Assembly (NCBI GenBank): GCA_963777155.1
Contig: CAVZPM010000001.1
Location: 1 to 64,000 of the forward strand
Direction: 5' to 3'
DNA from: Candidatus Bathyarchaeota archaeon
GTDB taxonomy: Archaea; Thermoproteota; Bathyarchaeia; Bathyarchaeales; Bathycorpusculaceae
Length of the DNA: 64,000 nucleotides
Shown here piece after piece: positions 20,202-30,586 of the stretch. A program made the translations under genes and the position numbers. How positions within the stretch are numbered: position 1 is the first letter of the stretch; each line of letters starts with the position of its first letter. The notes beneath the pieces were generated by a model that saw only the letters and a list, made by a program, of their open reading frames with translations, ran no database searches and was not told the DNA's origin.

Positions 20202-20780
20202 ATGTCTGAAATTGGGTTAAGAACTAAAATGTTGGTTAGAGACGTCATGAGCAGCCCAGTTGTAACCATGGATGAGGATGAAAGCTCAAACAAGGCTGCT
20301 GCCAATATGGATATGCATGATTTAGGCGCTGTTATAGTCACTAATAAAGCAGGGAAATCAATCGGCATCATTACTGAAAGGGATCTAGTCATAAGAGTTA
20401 TAGCTAAAAACCTAAAGCCAGATACAGTTAAAGGCAAAGAAATCATGACCACTCCACTTGTTACAATTGAGCCTGAAGCTACAATAAGTGACGCTGCCAG
20501 AAGAATGACACGCCTTGACATCAGAAGGCTAGGAGTAATCTACAAGGGTAACTTGGTCGGTATCATCTCAAGCAAAGACATTTTGGGTGTTATGCCTGAG
20601 CTTATTGAGATCATGCAGGAGCGCTCCCGCATTGAAGGAGAAGCCCGTACCGAGGAAGCCGAGGAGGTTCCGCTTTCAGGTAACTGTGACCGTTGTAATG
20701 CCTACTCAGAGAACCTAAAGGAACGCAATGGAGAGAACATCTGTGACGAATGTCGCATAGAACTCGAACAAGAAAAATAA
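20202..20780 (+). CDS. CBS-pair protein with C-terminal zinc finger
   Basis: VRDVMS, GIITERD, GIISSKD; GNCDRC...ICDEC. Confidence 0.88.
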   Translation: MSEIGLRTKMLVRDVMSSPVVTMDEDESSNKAAANMDMHDLGAVIVTNKAGKSIGIITERDLVIRVIAKNLKPDTVKGKEIMTTPLVTIEPEATISDAARRMTRLDIRRLGVIYKGNLVGIISSKDILGVMPELIEIMQERSRIEGEARTEEAEEVPLSGNCDRCNAYSENLKERNGENICDECRIELEQEK

Positions 20781-20788
20781 TTCTTTTT

Positions 20789-21091
20789 CTACAAATCCAC
20801 AAAAACAGCGTTTTCTCTCTCTTCAACAAGGTAGCTTTTTAGTTGTTTATATGCCGGTCCACCAAGAACTTCCCCGCTTTTTATATTGAACTGTGAGTAG
20901 TGCCATGGGCAGGTGAGTATTTCTCCGTTGAGTGTCCCTTCAGATAGTGGCGCCCCGGCATGCGTACACCGCCCATCCAAACAAAAAACCTTGCCTCCAA
21001 GATTAACGGTCAAGATTTCGCGTCCCCTAATTTTAAATAACCTCAATTCGCCTTTGGGAAGAATGTTTTTGTCGCATAATTTAACAAACAT
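20789..21091 (-). CDS. Rieske [2Fe-2S] ferredoxin
   Basis: CTH...CPWH. Confidence 0.9.
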   Translation of the reverse strand: MFVKLCDKNILPKGELRLFKIRGREILTVNLGGKVFCLDGRCTHAGAPLSEGTLNGEILTCPWHYSQFNIKSGEVLGGPAYKQLKSYLVEERENAVFVDL

Positions 21092-21102
21092 GCTTCATCC
21101 TT

Positions 21103-23067
21103 CTAAGGGTTTGATTGGGTTGTGGTTGTTATTTCTTGATATTTATTGATGTATTCAGTTACGGCTAAGATGAATTCGGCGTGGCTCCAAAGCAAAGGTG
21201 TTGCCGATATGGGTTTGCCAGAGTAGGGGTCAAGTTGTTCGGCTAAAGCTCCCGTGGGCAAGGAGTGTTTGGCTGTCCACTTTAGGAAATCCATAGCTTG
21301 CATTAAATCACCCAGCGATGTCGCCGTAGCTATGTACCATCTAGCGAGCCTTAGCGTGGAGATAAACCATGGGTTCCCAGGTGTATTAGACGACACACGT
21401 CGGTAGTGGTCATTTTGGTACCTTGCCAACCCGCCAACGTCTGTTTTGACGCGTAGGTTGTTGTCCAAGGCTTCCATCGTGCTTTTGACCCTTGGATCTT
21501 TTGCATCCAAAACCTCGTAGGCAAAAATCGTTGAAACGCTGCTATCCACTGTCATGTCTCTTTCACCATTGGGGTAGATGCCCTTTATGAACCGTTTGAG
21601 CTGAGGGTCATAAAGGTGTTTAATCATTCCTTCCCTAATCTGGGCAGAGGCTTCTGTAAGGGCATCTTGCCTATTGCTGTCATAGAATACCTTTGCGAAT
21701 TTAGCCGCGGCCTCAAGAGCTGCAACAACGGACGCCACAGTCGAGGTGAAGACGCCTACTTTTTCTTCCCACTCATCAAACGTAGGCTTAGGCAGCCCAG
21801 TGTTGGGGTCGCGGTAGTTCATCATGAAATCAGCCGCTTTCACTACGAGACGGTCATAGACTTTGGTAACGAACTCTAGATTGCCGTTCCTCTCATAATA
21901 TTTCCAGAGTGCATAGAGCACGCTTGCGGTTTCATCTTCTTGAATTGGCAACTGCAAATGACCTGTCGAATCTATCAACGCATGCCAAGTGCTCCCTAAT
22001 GAGCCGTCGGGGAGGTACTTGTGGCGGAAAAAGCTGTCTTCCCCCATCACTTTATGGCAAAACCCAAAAAACATGGCTGCCACGTCTGTGAAGCCTGCGC
22101 TTGTGAAAGCCAACGCGGCCATTGCACCGTCTCGTGGCCAAACATACGAGTAGGTGTCTCTTTGAATCTCCATTATCTCCGAATCAAGTGAAGCCACAAA
22201 GCCTCCGTGGCTGTCAACGTGGGTTCGCATCAGAAGCAGCGACCGTTTAAAAAGACGAGCGACCTCCCAGGGCAAAATGTTTAGGTCAAGTTTTAGTCGG
22301 TTTAGCCAGGCGCTCCAGTAATTTTCCACTTCCAGAAGCATCTGCTCAATCCCCACACCTTTAATCTCAGCATTGAGTGATGCAACTTCACTGAGATGAG
22401 TTCCACATGCAATCCAATAATGAATCACACCATAACCATGCGGTGGAATCTCCAGTCGAAAAGATACTGCGGAGTCAACCGCACCTTGAGCAACGGGATT
22501 GCTGCTTAATTCGCCGTCTTCGCAGTCTCGCCATGTGCCCTCTTTGCCCTCAACTTCTTTGTGTCCTACCGCATATTGATAGAATCCTTTGCCGACTGTG
22601 GCTCCACCGACTAGGAAGTAGCGTTTGCCCTTGTAATGGATGATTGCGTTTGTGGTTGGTTCAAAAAACGCGGTGTCGCCTGCTTCGTAGCCGTAGATGT
22701 GGAAGTCTTGGGAAAAGAACAGGCGGATTTCTTGTTTACTATCCAAGTTGTTTGAGACTTTTATTTTTCGTAGAAAGACGTCTTTGGAGTTGTGGATGGC
22801 GTCGTTGACTTCCAGCTCTACACCGTAGGCTTGTTTTCGTATTTTGTATCGGCTAGTGAGTGTTTCAGGCAGATAGGACATCGCTATCTCCCAGCCGTTG
22901 TCTATCCATTCGAATCTGCCGTCAACCCAGACTCCAAACCGGAACTTGTGACCAACCGCATGGTTCTCAAGTCCAACAAAAGGAAAATAGACGTCTCTGA
23001 TGCAGGCTTTTTCGTCAAGAGTGACTGCGAACCGTCCATTGCTTACTAAAACACTTCGAGGCAACAA
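21103..23067 (-). CDS. Glycoside hydrolase family 15 (glucoamylase-like)
   Basis: YSYVWPRDG, QEDET, DEWEE, LAEQ, PLLWSHA. Confidence 0.9.
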   Translation of the reverse strand: MLPRSVLVSNGRFAVTLDEKACIRDVYFPFVGLENHAVGHKFRFGVWVDGRFEWIDNGWEIAMSYLPETLTSRYKIRKQAYGVELEVNDAIHNSKDVFLRKIKVSNNLDSKQEIRLFFSQDFHIYGYEAGDTAFFEPTTNAIIHYKGKRYFLVGGATVGKGFYQYAVGHKEVEGKEGTWRDCEDGELSSNPVAQGAVDSAVSFRLEIPPHGYGVIHYWIACGTHLSEVASLNAEIKGVGIEQMLLEVENYWSAWLNRLKLDLNILPWEVARLFKRSLLLMRTHVDSHGGFVASLDSEIMEIQRDTYSYVWPRDGAMAALAFTSAGFTDVAAMFFGFCHKVMGEDSFFRHKYLPDGSLGSTWHALIDSTGHLQLPIQEDETASVLYALWKYYERNGNLEFVTKVYDRLVVKAADFMMNYRDPNTGLPKPTFDEWEEKVGVFTSTVASVVAALEAAAKFAKVFYDSNRQDALTEASAQIREGMIKHLYDPQLKRFIKGIYPNGERDMTVDSSVSTIFAYEVLDAKDPRVKSTMEALDNNLRVKTDVGGLARYQNDHYRRVSSNTPGNPWFISTLRLARWYIATATSLGDLMQAMDFLKWTAKHSLPTGALAEQLDPYSGKPISATPLLWSHAEFILAVTEYINKYQEITTTTQSNP

Positions 23068-23153
23068 AAACGACTCCTAAAAGACTCAACTATTACTTTA
23101 CATTACACCATAAATAAACTTTAATTACCAAACCACCCGCTATTCATTGGACC

Positions 23154-24510
23154 GTGACCCTCTTGATTGTTGATTCTGTCCTAACAAACGCCAAAGCCTA
23201 CCTTAATGGAGAAATCGTCGACTGCAGCATAGCCATCGAGGACAGCAAAATCCAGAAAATCGGTAAAGAAACCCAAATGCCCAACGCTGACCAAAAAACC
23301 GACTTACACAACCTGTTGGTTTTGCCTGGCTTGATTGATGAGCATGTGCATCTGCGTGATGAGGGCAGGGCTTACAAAGAAGATTTCGCTTCGGGGACAG
23401 CAGCGGCTGCAGCTGGGGGATTCACAACGGTTTTGGATATGCCAAACAACGACCCCGTAACTATGAGTGTCCAAACCCTGCAGAACCGCATGAGAATTGC
23501 CCAAAGAAAACTCCTCGTCAACGTTGGTTTTTACTCAGAATTTCCCCAAAAACTGGATGAGGCACCAGACATTATTTCGGAAGGTGCAGTTGGATTCAAA
23601 CTTTTCATGGGTAACCAGATAGGCGGATTAAACATTGATGACGACCAAGCCATGGTGGATGGATGTAAAGAAGTCGCCAGGCTTAAGGTGCCTTTAGCAG
23701 TACATGCTGAAGATAGGGCAATGCTTGCGGCAAACGAGGAAAAACTCAAACAAGCCAAAAAGAGCGGGACTGCCGACTTTCTGAGGGCACACACCGAAGC
23801 AGTCGAGCTAACAGCTATCCAGCGGCTCCTGAAAGTAAGCGAACAAACTGATGTTAGGCTGCATTTCTGCCATGTTTCAACCGAAGAGGGCTTAGAAGTA
23901 ATTGGGGAAGCGAAAAAATCTGGCAGAAAAGTAACATGCGAAGTTACCCCAAACCATTTGATGCTGTCGATTGATGATTTAAAGCGTTATTCGCAGATGG
24001 CAATTATGGCGCCTCCGCTTCGTAGCAAAACTCATGTTGAAGCGCTTTGGAGAGGCATCGAAGAAGGTTTAGTTGACGCGGTGGGCTCAGACCACGCCCC
24101 GCATGCAGCAAGCGAGAAGTCGGCCAGTAACGTCTGGGATGTAAAAGTCGGCGTCCCAGGACTAGAAACCACCCTGCCCATCATGCTAACTCAAATAAAA
24201 AAGAACAAATTAACCATAGTCCAAGCAGTTCACCTTCTCGCTGAAAGACCTGCAGAAATTTTTGGCTTAAACGATCGCGGTCGATTAGAACAGGGAAAAA
24301 TTGCGGACCTAGCAATTGTAGATTTTAGTTCGCCAATTCAAGATTGATGCCTCCAAATTCAAGTCTAAAGCAAGATTTTCGCCCTATGATGGCTGGGCTG
24401 TTCAAGGCAAAGTGGTAAAAACCATCGTAAACGGGCAATTGGTATTTGATGAGGGCGAGATTGTTGCGAAAGGCGGATGCGGCTTGATTGTTCGGAGAGG
24501 CAACGTGTGA
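23154..24510 (+). CDS. pyrC: Dihydroorotase family amidohydrolase (frameshift near 24330)
   Basis: PGLIDEHVHLR, DMPNN, HAED, SDHAPH; the C-terminus RQFKIDASKFKSKARFSPYDGW...VKTIVNG continues in the +1 frame to TGA 24510. Confidence 0.85.
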
Positions 24511-25004
24511 AGTTCCTTGCGGATGGGATGCTTGGGAAATTGGCGCGTTGGCTGCGAATATTAGGACATGACGTTATCTACTCGATCCAGTTTAATGATT
24601 GTGCGCTTTTGGAACTCACGAAAAAGGATGGACGTGTTTTGTTGACGAAAGATCTGGAACTCTATAAACGCGCCATTGGTCGAGGACTGGACGCCTACTA
24701 TGTTGAGGGCAAGATAGAATCGGAGCGGCTGGTGGAATTAGCCAAACGGTACAGCCTACAGTTAACGATTGATATGGATAAGTCTCATTGCCCAGTGTGC
24801 AATACAAATCTCAAAACAACTCCCAAGGAGCAACTCAAAGGTGAACTGGAAAAAAATACCTTCACATACTACGATAAATTTTGGAAGTGCCCCAACTGCG
24901 GTCAAATCTACTGGCAAGGAGCACATTTGACGCAAATCAACAAAACATTAAAACAAACACAATTAAAACTTGAAAGGCTAAAAGAAAATAAGAATGGCGC
25001 TTAA
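24507..25004 (+). CDS. Mut7-C RNase (PIN-like) domain protein
   Basis: [33 protein letters not shown]...[13 protein letters not shown]; GTGA overlap. Confidence 0.88.
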   Translation: MKFLADGMLGKLARWLRILGHDVIYSIQFNDCALLELTKKDGRVLLTKDLELYKRAIGRGLDAYYVEGKIESERLVELAKRYSLQLTIDMDKSHCPVCNTNLKTTPKEQLKGELEKNTFTYYDKFWKCPNCGQIYWQGAHLTQINKTLKQTQLKLERLKENKNGA

Positions 25005-25243
25005 GACAGCCATTTTAAGGGAATATCTTGGAAAGTTCCATCTGGCAGTGTTCTTCGAATAGTGATTGGCAAAATGCCTGCATCAAGCTCAACTAAAGCT
25101 ATGTCAATTGGGTTTGTGTTTTCAGCTGCATCAACCAAGATTGGTGCTCCCATCGAGATTTGAAGCGCACGTGCGCCAACTATTCTTGCTTTCTCGAAGC
25201 GAGTAATTTTTGGGGGACCTACAATAATTTTTTGTTCTGACAT
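25001..25243 (-). CDS. rpoK: DNA-directed RNA polymerase subunit K (Rpo6)
   Basis: [28 protein letters not shown]. Confidence 0.95.
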   Translation of the reverse strand: MSEQKIIVGPPKITRFEKARIVGARALQISMGAPILVDAAENTNPIDIALVELDAGILPITIRRTLPDGTFQDIPLKWLS

Positions 25244-25244
25244 T

Positions 25245-26924
25245 TTACATCATTCCGCCTGGCATTCCACCCATACCGCCCATTCCCATGCCGCCGCCTG
25301 GCATGCCTCCTCCTGGTGGCATCGGAGGTGTCTTCATTTTAGCGGTTGCGATGACATCGTCTATTTTGAGAATCATGGTTGCGGCTTCGGTTGCTGATTT
25401 TATGATTTGTTTTTTGACTGCGAGGGGTTCGTAGACGTTTATTTTTGTCATGTCTTCGACTTTGCCTGCGAGAACATCGATGCCTGCCCACGTTTCGCCT
25501 TTTTCGTGGCGTGTTCGTAATTCTGAAAGAATGTCAACTGGGTCTAAACCTGCGTTTTCCGCAAGTGTTGTAGCTATTGATTCGAGGGATTCTGCGAATA
25601 TTGTGATTGCAAGTTGCTCTCTTCCCTTTACGGTTTGAGCGTATTTTTTGAGAACGCTTGCCATTTCCATTTCTGGAGCGCTTCCTCCAGCAACGATTCT
25701 TGGCTCTTCAATTAGATCTCTGACGACGCAGAGCGCATCGTGTATGGAGCGTTCGGCTTCTGCGGTCATCCGTTGAGTTCCACCCCTGATTAGAAGTGTA
25801 ACGGACTTGGGGTTCTTGCAGCCTTCCACATAAGTCATTTTGTCGTCGCCTGTTCTACGCTCTTCAACCAAAGCAGCAAAACCAAGGTCTGAACTGGTGA
25901 GTGCATTTAAGTTGCTGATTATTTTTCCGCCTGTGGCTCTTGCCAGCTTTTCCATGTCGGATTTCTTTGCTCTTCTAATTGCAATGACTCCTTTTCGGGA
26001 AAGAAAATGTTGAGCCATGTCGTCGATGCCTTTTTGGCAAATAACTACATTAGCACCTGAAGCTACAATTTTATCCACCATTCCTTTCAGCATGGCTTCT
26101 TCTTGGTTTAGGAACGCTTCAATCTGCTCTGGGCTTTCAATGTTAATTTTTGCGTCCATCTCTGGTTTTTCATTTTCGATTGACGCATCAAGCAAGGCGA
26201 TTTTTGCTTTTTCTACTCGCTTGGGCATGCCTGAGTGAACGATTTCTTTGTCTAAAACTACTCCGTTGATTAGGCTGGTGGCCGCCAAAGACTCGCCTGT
26301 TTTCTTCTCAACCTTCACATCATCAACATCGGCTTTGTAGGTTCCATCGCCTTGTTTTTCGGCGACTGCTAACATCGCTTTTACGGCTAAATCAGCCAGG
26401 TAATCTTTGTATTCAGCAACGAGTTTACTTCCCATAGATGTTGCTGCTGCCTTCTTGAGGTAATCTTGTGATTTTAAGTCGATTGGGATGGCTATTTTCT
26501 CAAGTGTTTCCAAGGCTTTGTCAGCTGCTTTTCGGTAACCGTCAATTATGATTGTTGGGTGGATGTTTTTGTCGATTAACTCTTCAGATCTGCTTAGGAG
26601 CTCACCTGCAATTATAACTGCTGATGTTGTTCCGTCGCCGGCTTCTTTGTCTTGTGTTTTGGCGACTTCAACGAGCATTTTAGCCGCTGGATGCTGAACA
26701 TCCATTTCATCAAGGATTGTTCTGCCATCGCTCGTAATTGTTACGTCTCCGAAGCTGTCAACGAGCATTTTATCCATACCTTTTGGACCAAGTGCGCTTC
26801 GGACGCTTTCCGCGACAACCTTTGCAGCCATAATGTTGCTGTGTTGTGCTTCTCTTCCGCGGGACCTCTTTGAACCTTCTTTCATAACCAGAACAGGTAC
26901 ACCGCCAGCTTGTGATGATGACAA
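25245..26924 (-). CDS. ths: Thermosome (group II chaperonin) subunit
   Basis: [19 protein letters not shown]-rich tail; TTG start at 26924 after GGAGG. Confidence 0.95.
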   Translation of the reverse strand: MSSSQAGGVPVLVMKEGSKRSRGREAQHSNIMAAKVVAESVRSALGPKGMDKMLVDSFGDVTITSDGRTILDEMDVQHPAAKMLVEVAKTQDKEAGDGTTSAVIIAGELLSRSEELIDKNIHPTIIIDGYRKAADKALETLEKIAIPIDLKSQDYLKKAAATSMGSKLVAEYKDYLADLAVKAMLAVAEKQGDGTYKADVDDVKVEKKTGESLAATSLINGVVLDKEIVHSGMPKRVEKAKIALLDASIENEKPEMDAKINIESPEQIEAFLNQEEAMLKGMVDKIVASGANVVICQKGIDDMAQHFLSRKGVIAIRRAKKSDMEKLARATGGKIISNLNALTSSDLGFAALVEERRTGDDKMTYVEGCKNPKSVTLLIRGGTQRMTAEAERSIHDALCVVRDLIEEPRIVAGGSAPEMEMASVLKKYAQTVKGREQLAITIFAESLESIATTLAENAGLDPVDILSELRTRHEKGETWAGIDVLAGKVEDMTKINVYEPLAVKKQIIKSATEAATMILKIDDVIATAKMKTPPMPPGGGMPGGGMGMGGMGGMPGGMM

Positions 26925-27462
26925 ATCAAGTATAACCTCCAATAATGCGAACAACAACAGAACGTTACTATCCATATAAGTTTTTCTAGTCAAGCCATGT
27001 CGAACAAAGCTTAGCTGAGCCGTTTTTGCATCATTGATTCTTTTTTGTGCTGGGGAACGTTTGTGTGCGACGTTTCGTTTTTGCAGGGCTGTTGTTTATA
27101 CAGTTTGTTTATACAAAATGACTATACAACTGTTGCTTTTAACCACCCCCAATTTAAAGGTCAAATCTAGGTCCAAGTGCAGTCGCGAGGTCTATCAAAT
27201 AGACCCCTCTCCACCTATACGTGCCCCTGAGCCATCTATATGCCACTGGCCCGCCTCCTATAGTTCCTGCAATCAGTACTAAATTGTTGGCAATAACAGC
27301 ACGATGCAATCGGGCACTAGGACAGCTCATTTTGGCAAGTTCTGTTCCACCACCTCCCCAACCAGCCCCTATAGACAATTTTGCGCTTCGAAAAACACGA
27401 TTCTGAAGGGTGAACATTACTCTTAAGTAGTACTTTTGGGTGTGTATAACTTGGGCTAAAGT

Positions 27463-27699
27463 ATGACTGCAGAAGAACTTGTAGTTACAAGAAAAGGACA
27501 AGTAACCATACCCATTAAGCTAAGAAGAAAATTCGGCATAGAAGAAAGCTCCAAAGTCCAAATCGTTGAGGAAGGCGGCAAGATTGTTATAAAAAAGCTC
27601 CCAAGCTTCCTTGACTTGGCGGGAAGCGGTGTGGGGGAAGCAACCGTTGAAGAAGTAAAGAAAATGCTGGATGACATGAGGGCAGAAGATGACGACTAG
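27463..27699 (+). CDS. vapB: AbrB/MazE/SpoVT-type antitoxin
   Basis: VTRKGQVTIPIKLRRKFGI; overlaps the downstream PIN gene. Confidence 0.85.
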   Translation: MTAEELVVTRKGQVTIPIKLRRKFGIEESSKVQIVEEGGKIVIKKLPSFLDLAGSGVGEATVEEVKKMLDDMRAEDDD

Positions 27700-28081
27700 C
27701 CGCATCTATGACACGCGCTTCTTTGTAGAATACTTCTATTCACCTGACAAGGAACTGGTAAGAAAACTAAAAGAAGAATTCCGCTCCAAAAATGAAAAAA
27801 TGGTTTCCGCCCTAACCATACATGAGTTCCACCGTCTTGTCTTAAAAACTAATGGCAAAGAGGTTGCAACTCTGAGAAGCAACACCATCCAACGGGATTT
27901 CCAAGTCATAGACGTCGACTACTCGATTGCAGTCAAAAGCGCTGAATTAAGAAGCAGACACCCGATGCCCATGGCAGACAGCGTAATAGCCGCAACCGCC
28001 CAAATCGAAGAGTGCCCGCTTTTTTCCGATGACGCTCACTTTAGGAATATTGAAAACCTAAAGTTAGTCTGGTGCAAATAG
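27689..28081 (+). CDS. vapC: PIN-domain toxin
   Basis: YDT, S.LTIHE, MADSVIAATA, LFSDD.HF. Confidence 0.85.
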   Translation: MTTSRIYDTRFFVEYFYSPDKELVRKLKEEFRSKNEKMVSALTIHEFHRLVLKTNGKEVATLRSNTIQRDFQVIDVDYSIAVKSAELRSRHPMPMADSVIAATAQIEECPLFSDDAHFRNIENLKLVWCK

Positions 28082-28367
28082 TAGCCAACTAACTTTTTGG
28101 CAAGCATCCAAAAACACCATAATCAATAATGAGCAATTGGCTAGAGAGGCACTCAATCTTAGAGGGGTAATAAAAAAGATGAATTTGCCTGAATACCTGT
28201 TGGAAAAAAGTATGTGGAAAAAACCCATGTTAAGAATAATAAGAAGTTCAGAAGTGAAACATATTAACAGCCATTACCTTAAAGGCAAAGGACGACTGTA
28301 CGCCGTTTGGATCTTTAGCTTCCTCTGCGTTCATTTTGAATGGACTTGAAGATGGGTATATTCTGTG

Positions 28368-28428
28368 ATTCAGTAGTACACTTTATCGTAAGCCAAATTA
28401 GTAATCGGACAGGCGGAGTCATCATCAA
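28368..28428 (-). ncRNA. Candidate C/D box sRNA
   Basis: Minus strand: AUGAUGA - CUCCGCCUGU - CCGA - 15 nt - ACGAUAA - AGUGUACUA - CUGA; 56 nt from C to D; intergenic. Confidence 0.45.
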
Positions 28429-28467
28429 CTATCTAAATGGGCAGCGTCTTCGACTGTGCTTAGAAGT

Positions 28468-28971
28468 CTAGTAGACGGATACTTTGGCTACGCCTGAAAT
28501 CTTTAGCAGATCAGGGATTAATTCTCCGGGAATTTTCTTCTCAACGATTAAGGTTAGTTTTGGTTCAGGTGAGAGTTCCGGGTCGTCCACGATTGCTTGG
28601 CGAATGCTTAAACCTGCCCTGTTAAGCAGCATTGCGGCGTTAGATAAGATTCCAGGCGACTTTGCATTTACGGGGGTTATCTCTAAAACTCCCAGATTGA
28701 GGTGTTTGGCGATTTCTTTTAAGGAGTGTCCTGCTGGGCGAATTTCTTCAAAAATCATCCTTAGCTCGGGGTTTTCTTTGATGGTGTTTAGGGTTTCGTT
28801 GACAGTTCGTCTGTCGACTCCTGCCACTCGTGCTATGCGCACGGGCGGAATTTCGATTTGGTTTAGGTAGATTTTGTCGTCTTTGGCGCTTAGGCCGTTT
28901 TCTATGAGGACTCGTGCTACTTTGAGGCGTTCGGGGTAGGCTTGGAGTTGGGTTTTGATTTGGTTCCACAT
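28468..28971 (-). CDS. trpY: HTH-ACT regulator of amino acid metabolism (COG2150, TrpY-like)
   Basis: IARVAGVDRRTV helix-turn-helix, ACT domain with LSIRQAIVDDPEL; divergent from trpB2. Confidence 0.7.
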   Translation of the reverse strand: MWNQIKTQLQAYPERLKVARVLIENGLSAKDDKIYLNQIEIPPVRIARVAGVDRRTVNETLNTIKENPELRMIFEEIRPAGHSLKEIAKHLNLGVLEITPVNAKSPGILSNAAMLLNRAGLSIRQAIVDDPELSPEPKLTLIVEKKIPGELIPDLLKISGVAKVSVY

Positions 28972-29027
28972 TTTGGGTCGCTTGTGTGTATTTCTGGGCG
29001 TTTAGGTATAAATGTGTTGTTTATCCA

Positions 29028-29043
29028 CGTACAGAAATGTACG
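29028..29043. promoter_or_regulatory. Paired TRP-box-like operator
   Basis: Perfect inverted repeat CGTACA-GAAA-TGTACG between the divergent TATA boxes (TTTATA on minus at 29003-29008; TTAAATA at 29052). Confidence 0.6.
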
Positions 29044-29099
29044 CAAAAGCCTTAAATAAAACTTTAAAGTACGGTTTAAAACCTAAGGAAGGCTAAAAA

Positions 29100-30512
29100 A
29101 TGCCCGACAGAAAAATCCTACTAGAAGAAAACGACATACCAAAACAATGGTACAACATAGTGCCCGACCTGCCACACCCCCTCCCACCATTTATAGATGT
29201 GGAAACAAAACAACCAGGCGTCGGCATAGTCCCACGAATTTTCCCTAAAGAAATCATCGGACAAGAAATCAGCCAAGAAAGATGGATAAACATCCCAGAC
29301 GAAGTCCGAGAAGTCTACAAAATCTGGCGACCAACACCCCTCTATAGAGCCCTCGGACTAGAAAAAGCCCTCAAAACCCCCGCAAAAATCTACTACAAAT
29401 ACGAAGGCACAAGCCCAGCGGGAAGCCACAAACCCAACACCGCAGTGCCCCAAGCATTCTACAACATGAAAGAAGGCACCAAACGCCTCTCAACAGAAAC
29501 AGGCGCAGGCCAATGGGGCTCCGCTCTCTCGTTTGCAGCCAGCATGTTCGGTCTTAAAGCAACGGTTTACATGGTTCGCGCAAGCTACGACCAAAAACCA
29601 TACCGCCGAATGATGATGAACGCTTTCGGCGCAGAATGTATCGCCAGTCCAAGCAACCGAACTGAGGCTGGGAAAAAAATCCTTGCTGAAGACCCGGATA
29701 GCAAGGGCAGCCTAGGCATTGCCATAAGCGAAGCTGTGGAAGATGCATTAGTCAACGAAGCGGAAACCAACTATGCAATCGGCAGCGTCTTCAACCACGT
29801 GTGTCTACACCAGACCGTTGAAGGCTTAGAAGCTAAAAAACAACTCGAAATGGTAGACGAGTACCCCGACGTTGTTTACGGTTGCATCGGCGGAGGCAGC
29901 AGCTACTCAGGAATCATGTGGCCTTTCTACTACGATCAAGTTACCAAGAAAGCTCCTAAAGAAACAAAGTTCGTTGCAACAGAAGCCACCGCGTGCCCCA
30001 AAGTCACCAAAGGAATATATCAGTATGACCACGGCGACACTGCAAAAATCACCCCACTCGTCCCCATGCACACCTTAGGGCACGACTTCATACCTGCGCC
30101 AATCCATGCAGGTGGACTTCGCTACCACGGAATTGCTCCAACCATCAGCGTCCTTGTACAGGAGAAGAAGATGACAACAGAAGCCTACAGCCAAATAGAA
30201 GTCTTCGACGCCGCAAAGCTTTTCCTACAAACTGAAGGAATCATCCCGGCGCCAGAGCCATCACACGCAATCAAAGGCGCCATCGACGAAGCACTCAGAT
30301 GCAAACAAACCGGTGAAGCAAAAACCATTCTATTTGTGCTATGCGGTCACGGCTTCTTTGACATGGCAGCATACGACGAATACTTCAGCGGAAAACTCCA
30401 GCCATACGAGTACCCAACCGAAAAAGTCGCAGAATCCATGGATAAACTGCATAAACTCTACCCGTGGCTACACGACGTCAACAAGAAGTATATCGGCTGC
30501 GAAACATACTAA
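29100..30512 (+). CDS. trpB2: Tryptophan synthase beta chain, TrpB2 type
   Basis: [44 protein letters not shown]. Confidence 0.92.
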   Translation: MPDRKILLEENDIPKQWYNIVPDLPHPLPPFIDVETKQPGVGIVPRIFPKEIIGQEISQERWINIPDEVREVYKIWRPTPLYRALGLEKALKTPAKIYYKYEGTSPAGSHKPNTAVPQAFYNMKEGTKRLSTETGAGQWGSALSFAASMFGLKATVYMVRASYDQKPYRRMMMNAFGAECIASPSNRTEAGKKILAEDPDSKGSLGIAISEAVEDALVNEAETNYAIGSVFNHVCLHQTVEGLEAKKQLEMVDEYPDVVYGCIGGGSSYSGIMWPFYYDQVTKKAPKETKFVATEATACPKVTKGIYQYDHGDTAKITPLVPMHTLGHDFIPAPIHAGGLRYHGIAPTISVLVQEKKMTTEAYSQIEVFDAAKLFLQTEGIIPAPEPSHAIKGAIDEALRCKQTGEAKTILFVLCGHGFFDMAAYDEYFSGKLQPYEYPTEKVAESMDKLHKLYPWLHDVNKKYIGCETY

Positions 30513-30586
30513 ATCGCAGACAAAATTTTCTTTCTTCATTCTTCTTTTTATTAATCCTCAACCCAACTATAACATAGGTTATTCCT

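Noticed and set aside
24320-24345. Programmed frameshifting in pyrC and the other split genes
   Set aside because: There are no slippery heptamers, and the uniform +1 pattern fits sequencing error.
27190-27270. CRISPR array or Orc1 ORB origin
   Set aside because: The units are too short and degenerate and have no spacers; there are no cas or cdc6 genes and no TTCCA..GGAAA ORB core.
27150-27400. Possible SRP or RNase P RNA in the GC-richer intergenic segment
   Set aside because: No SRP helix-8 motif and no RNase P P4 (GAGGAAAGUCC-like) motif on either strand.
28137-28349. 70-aa ORF after vapC
   Set aside because: No recognisable motif or RBS; probably debris of the TA islet.
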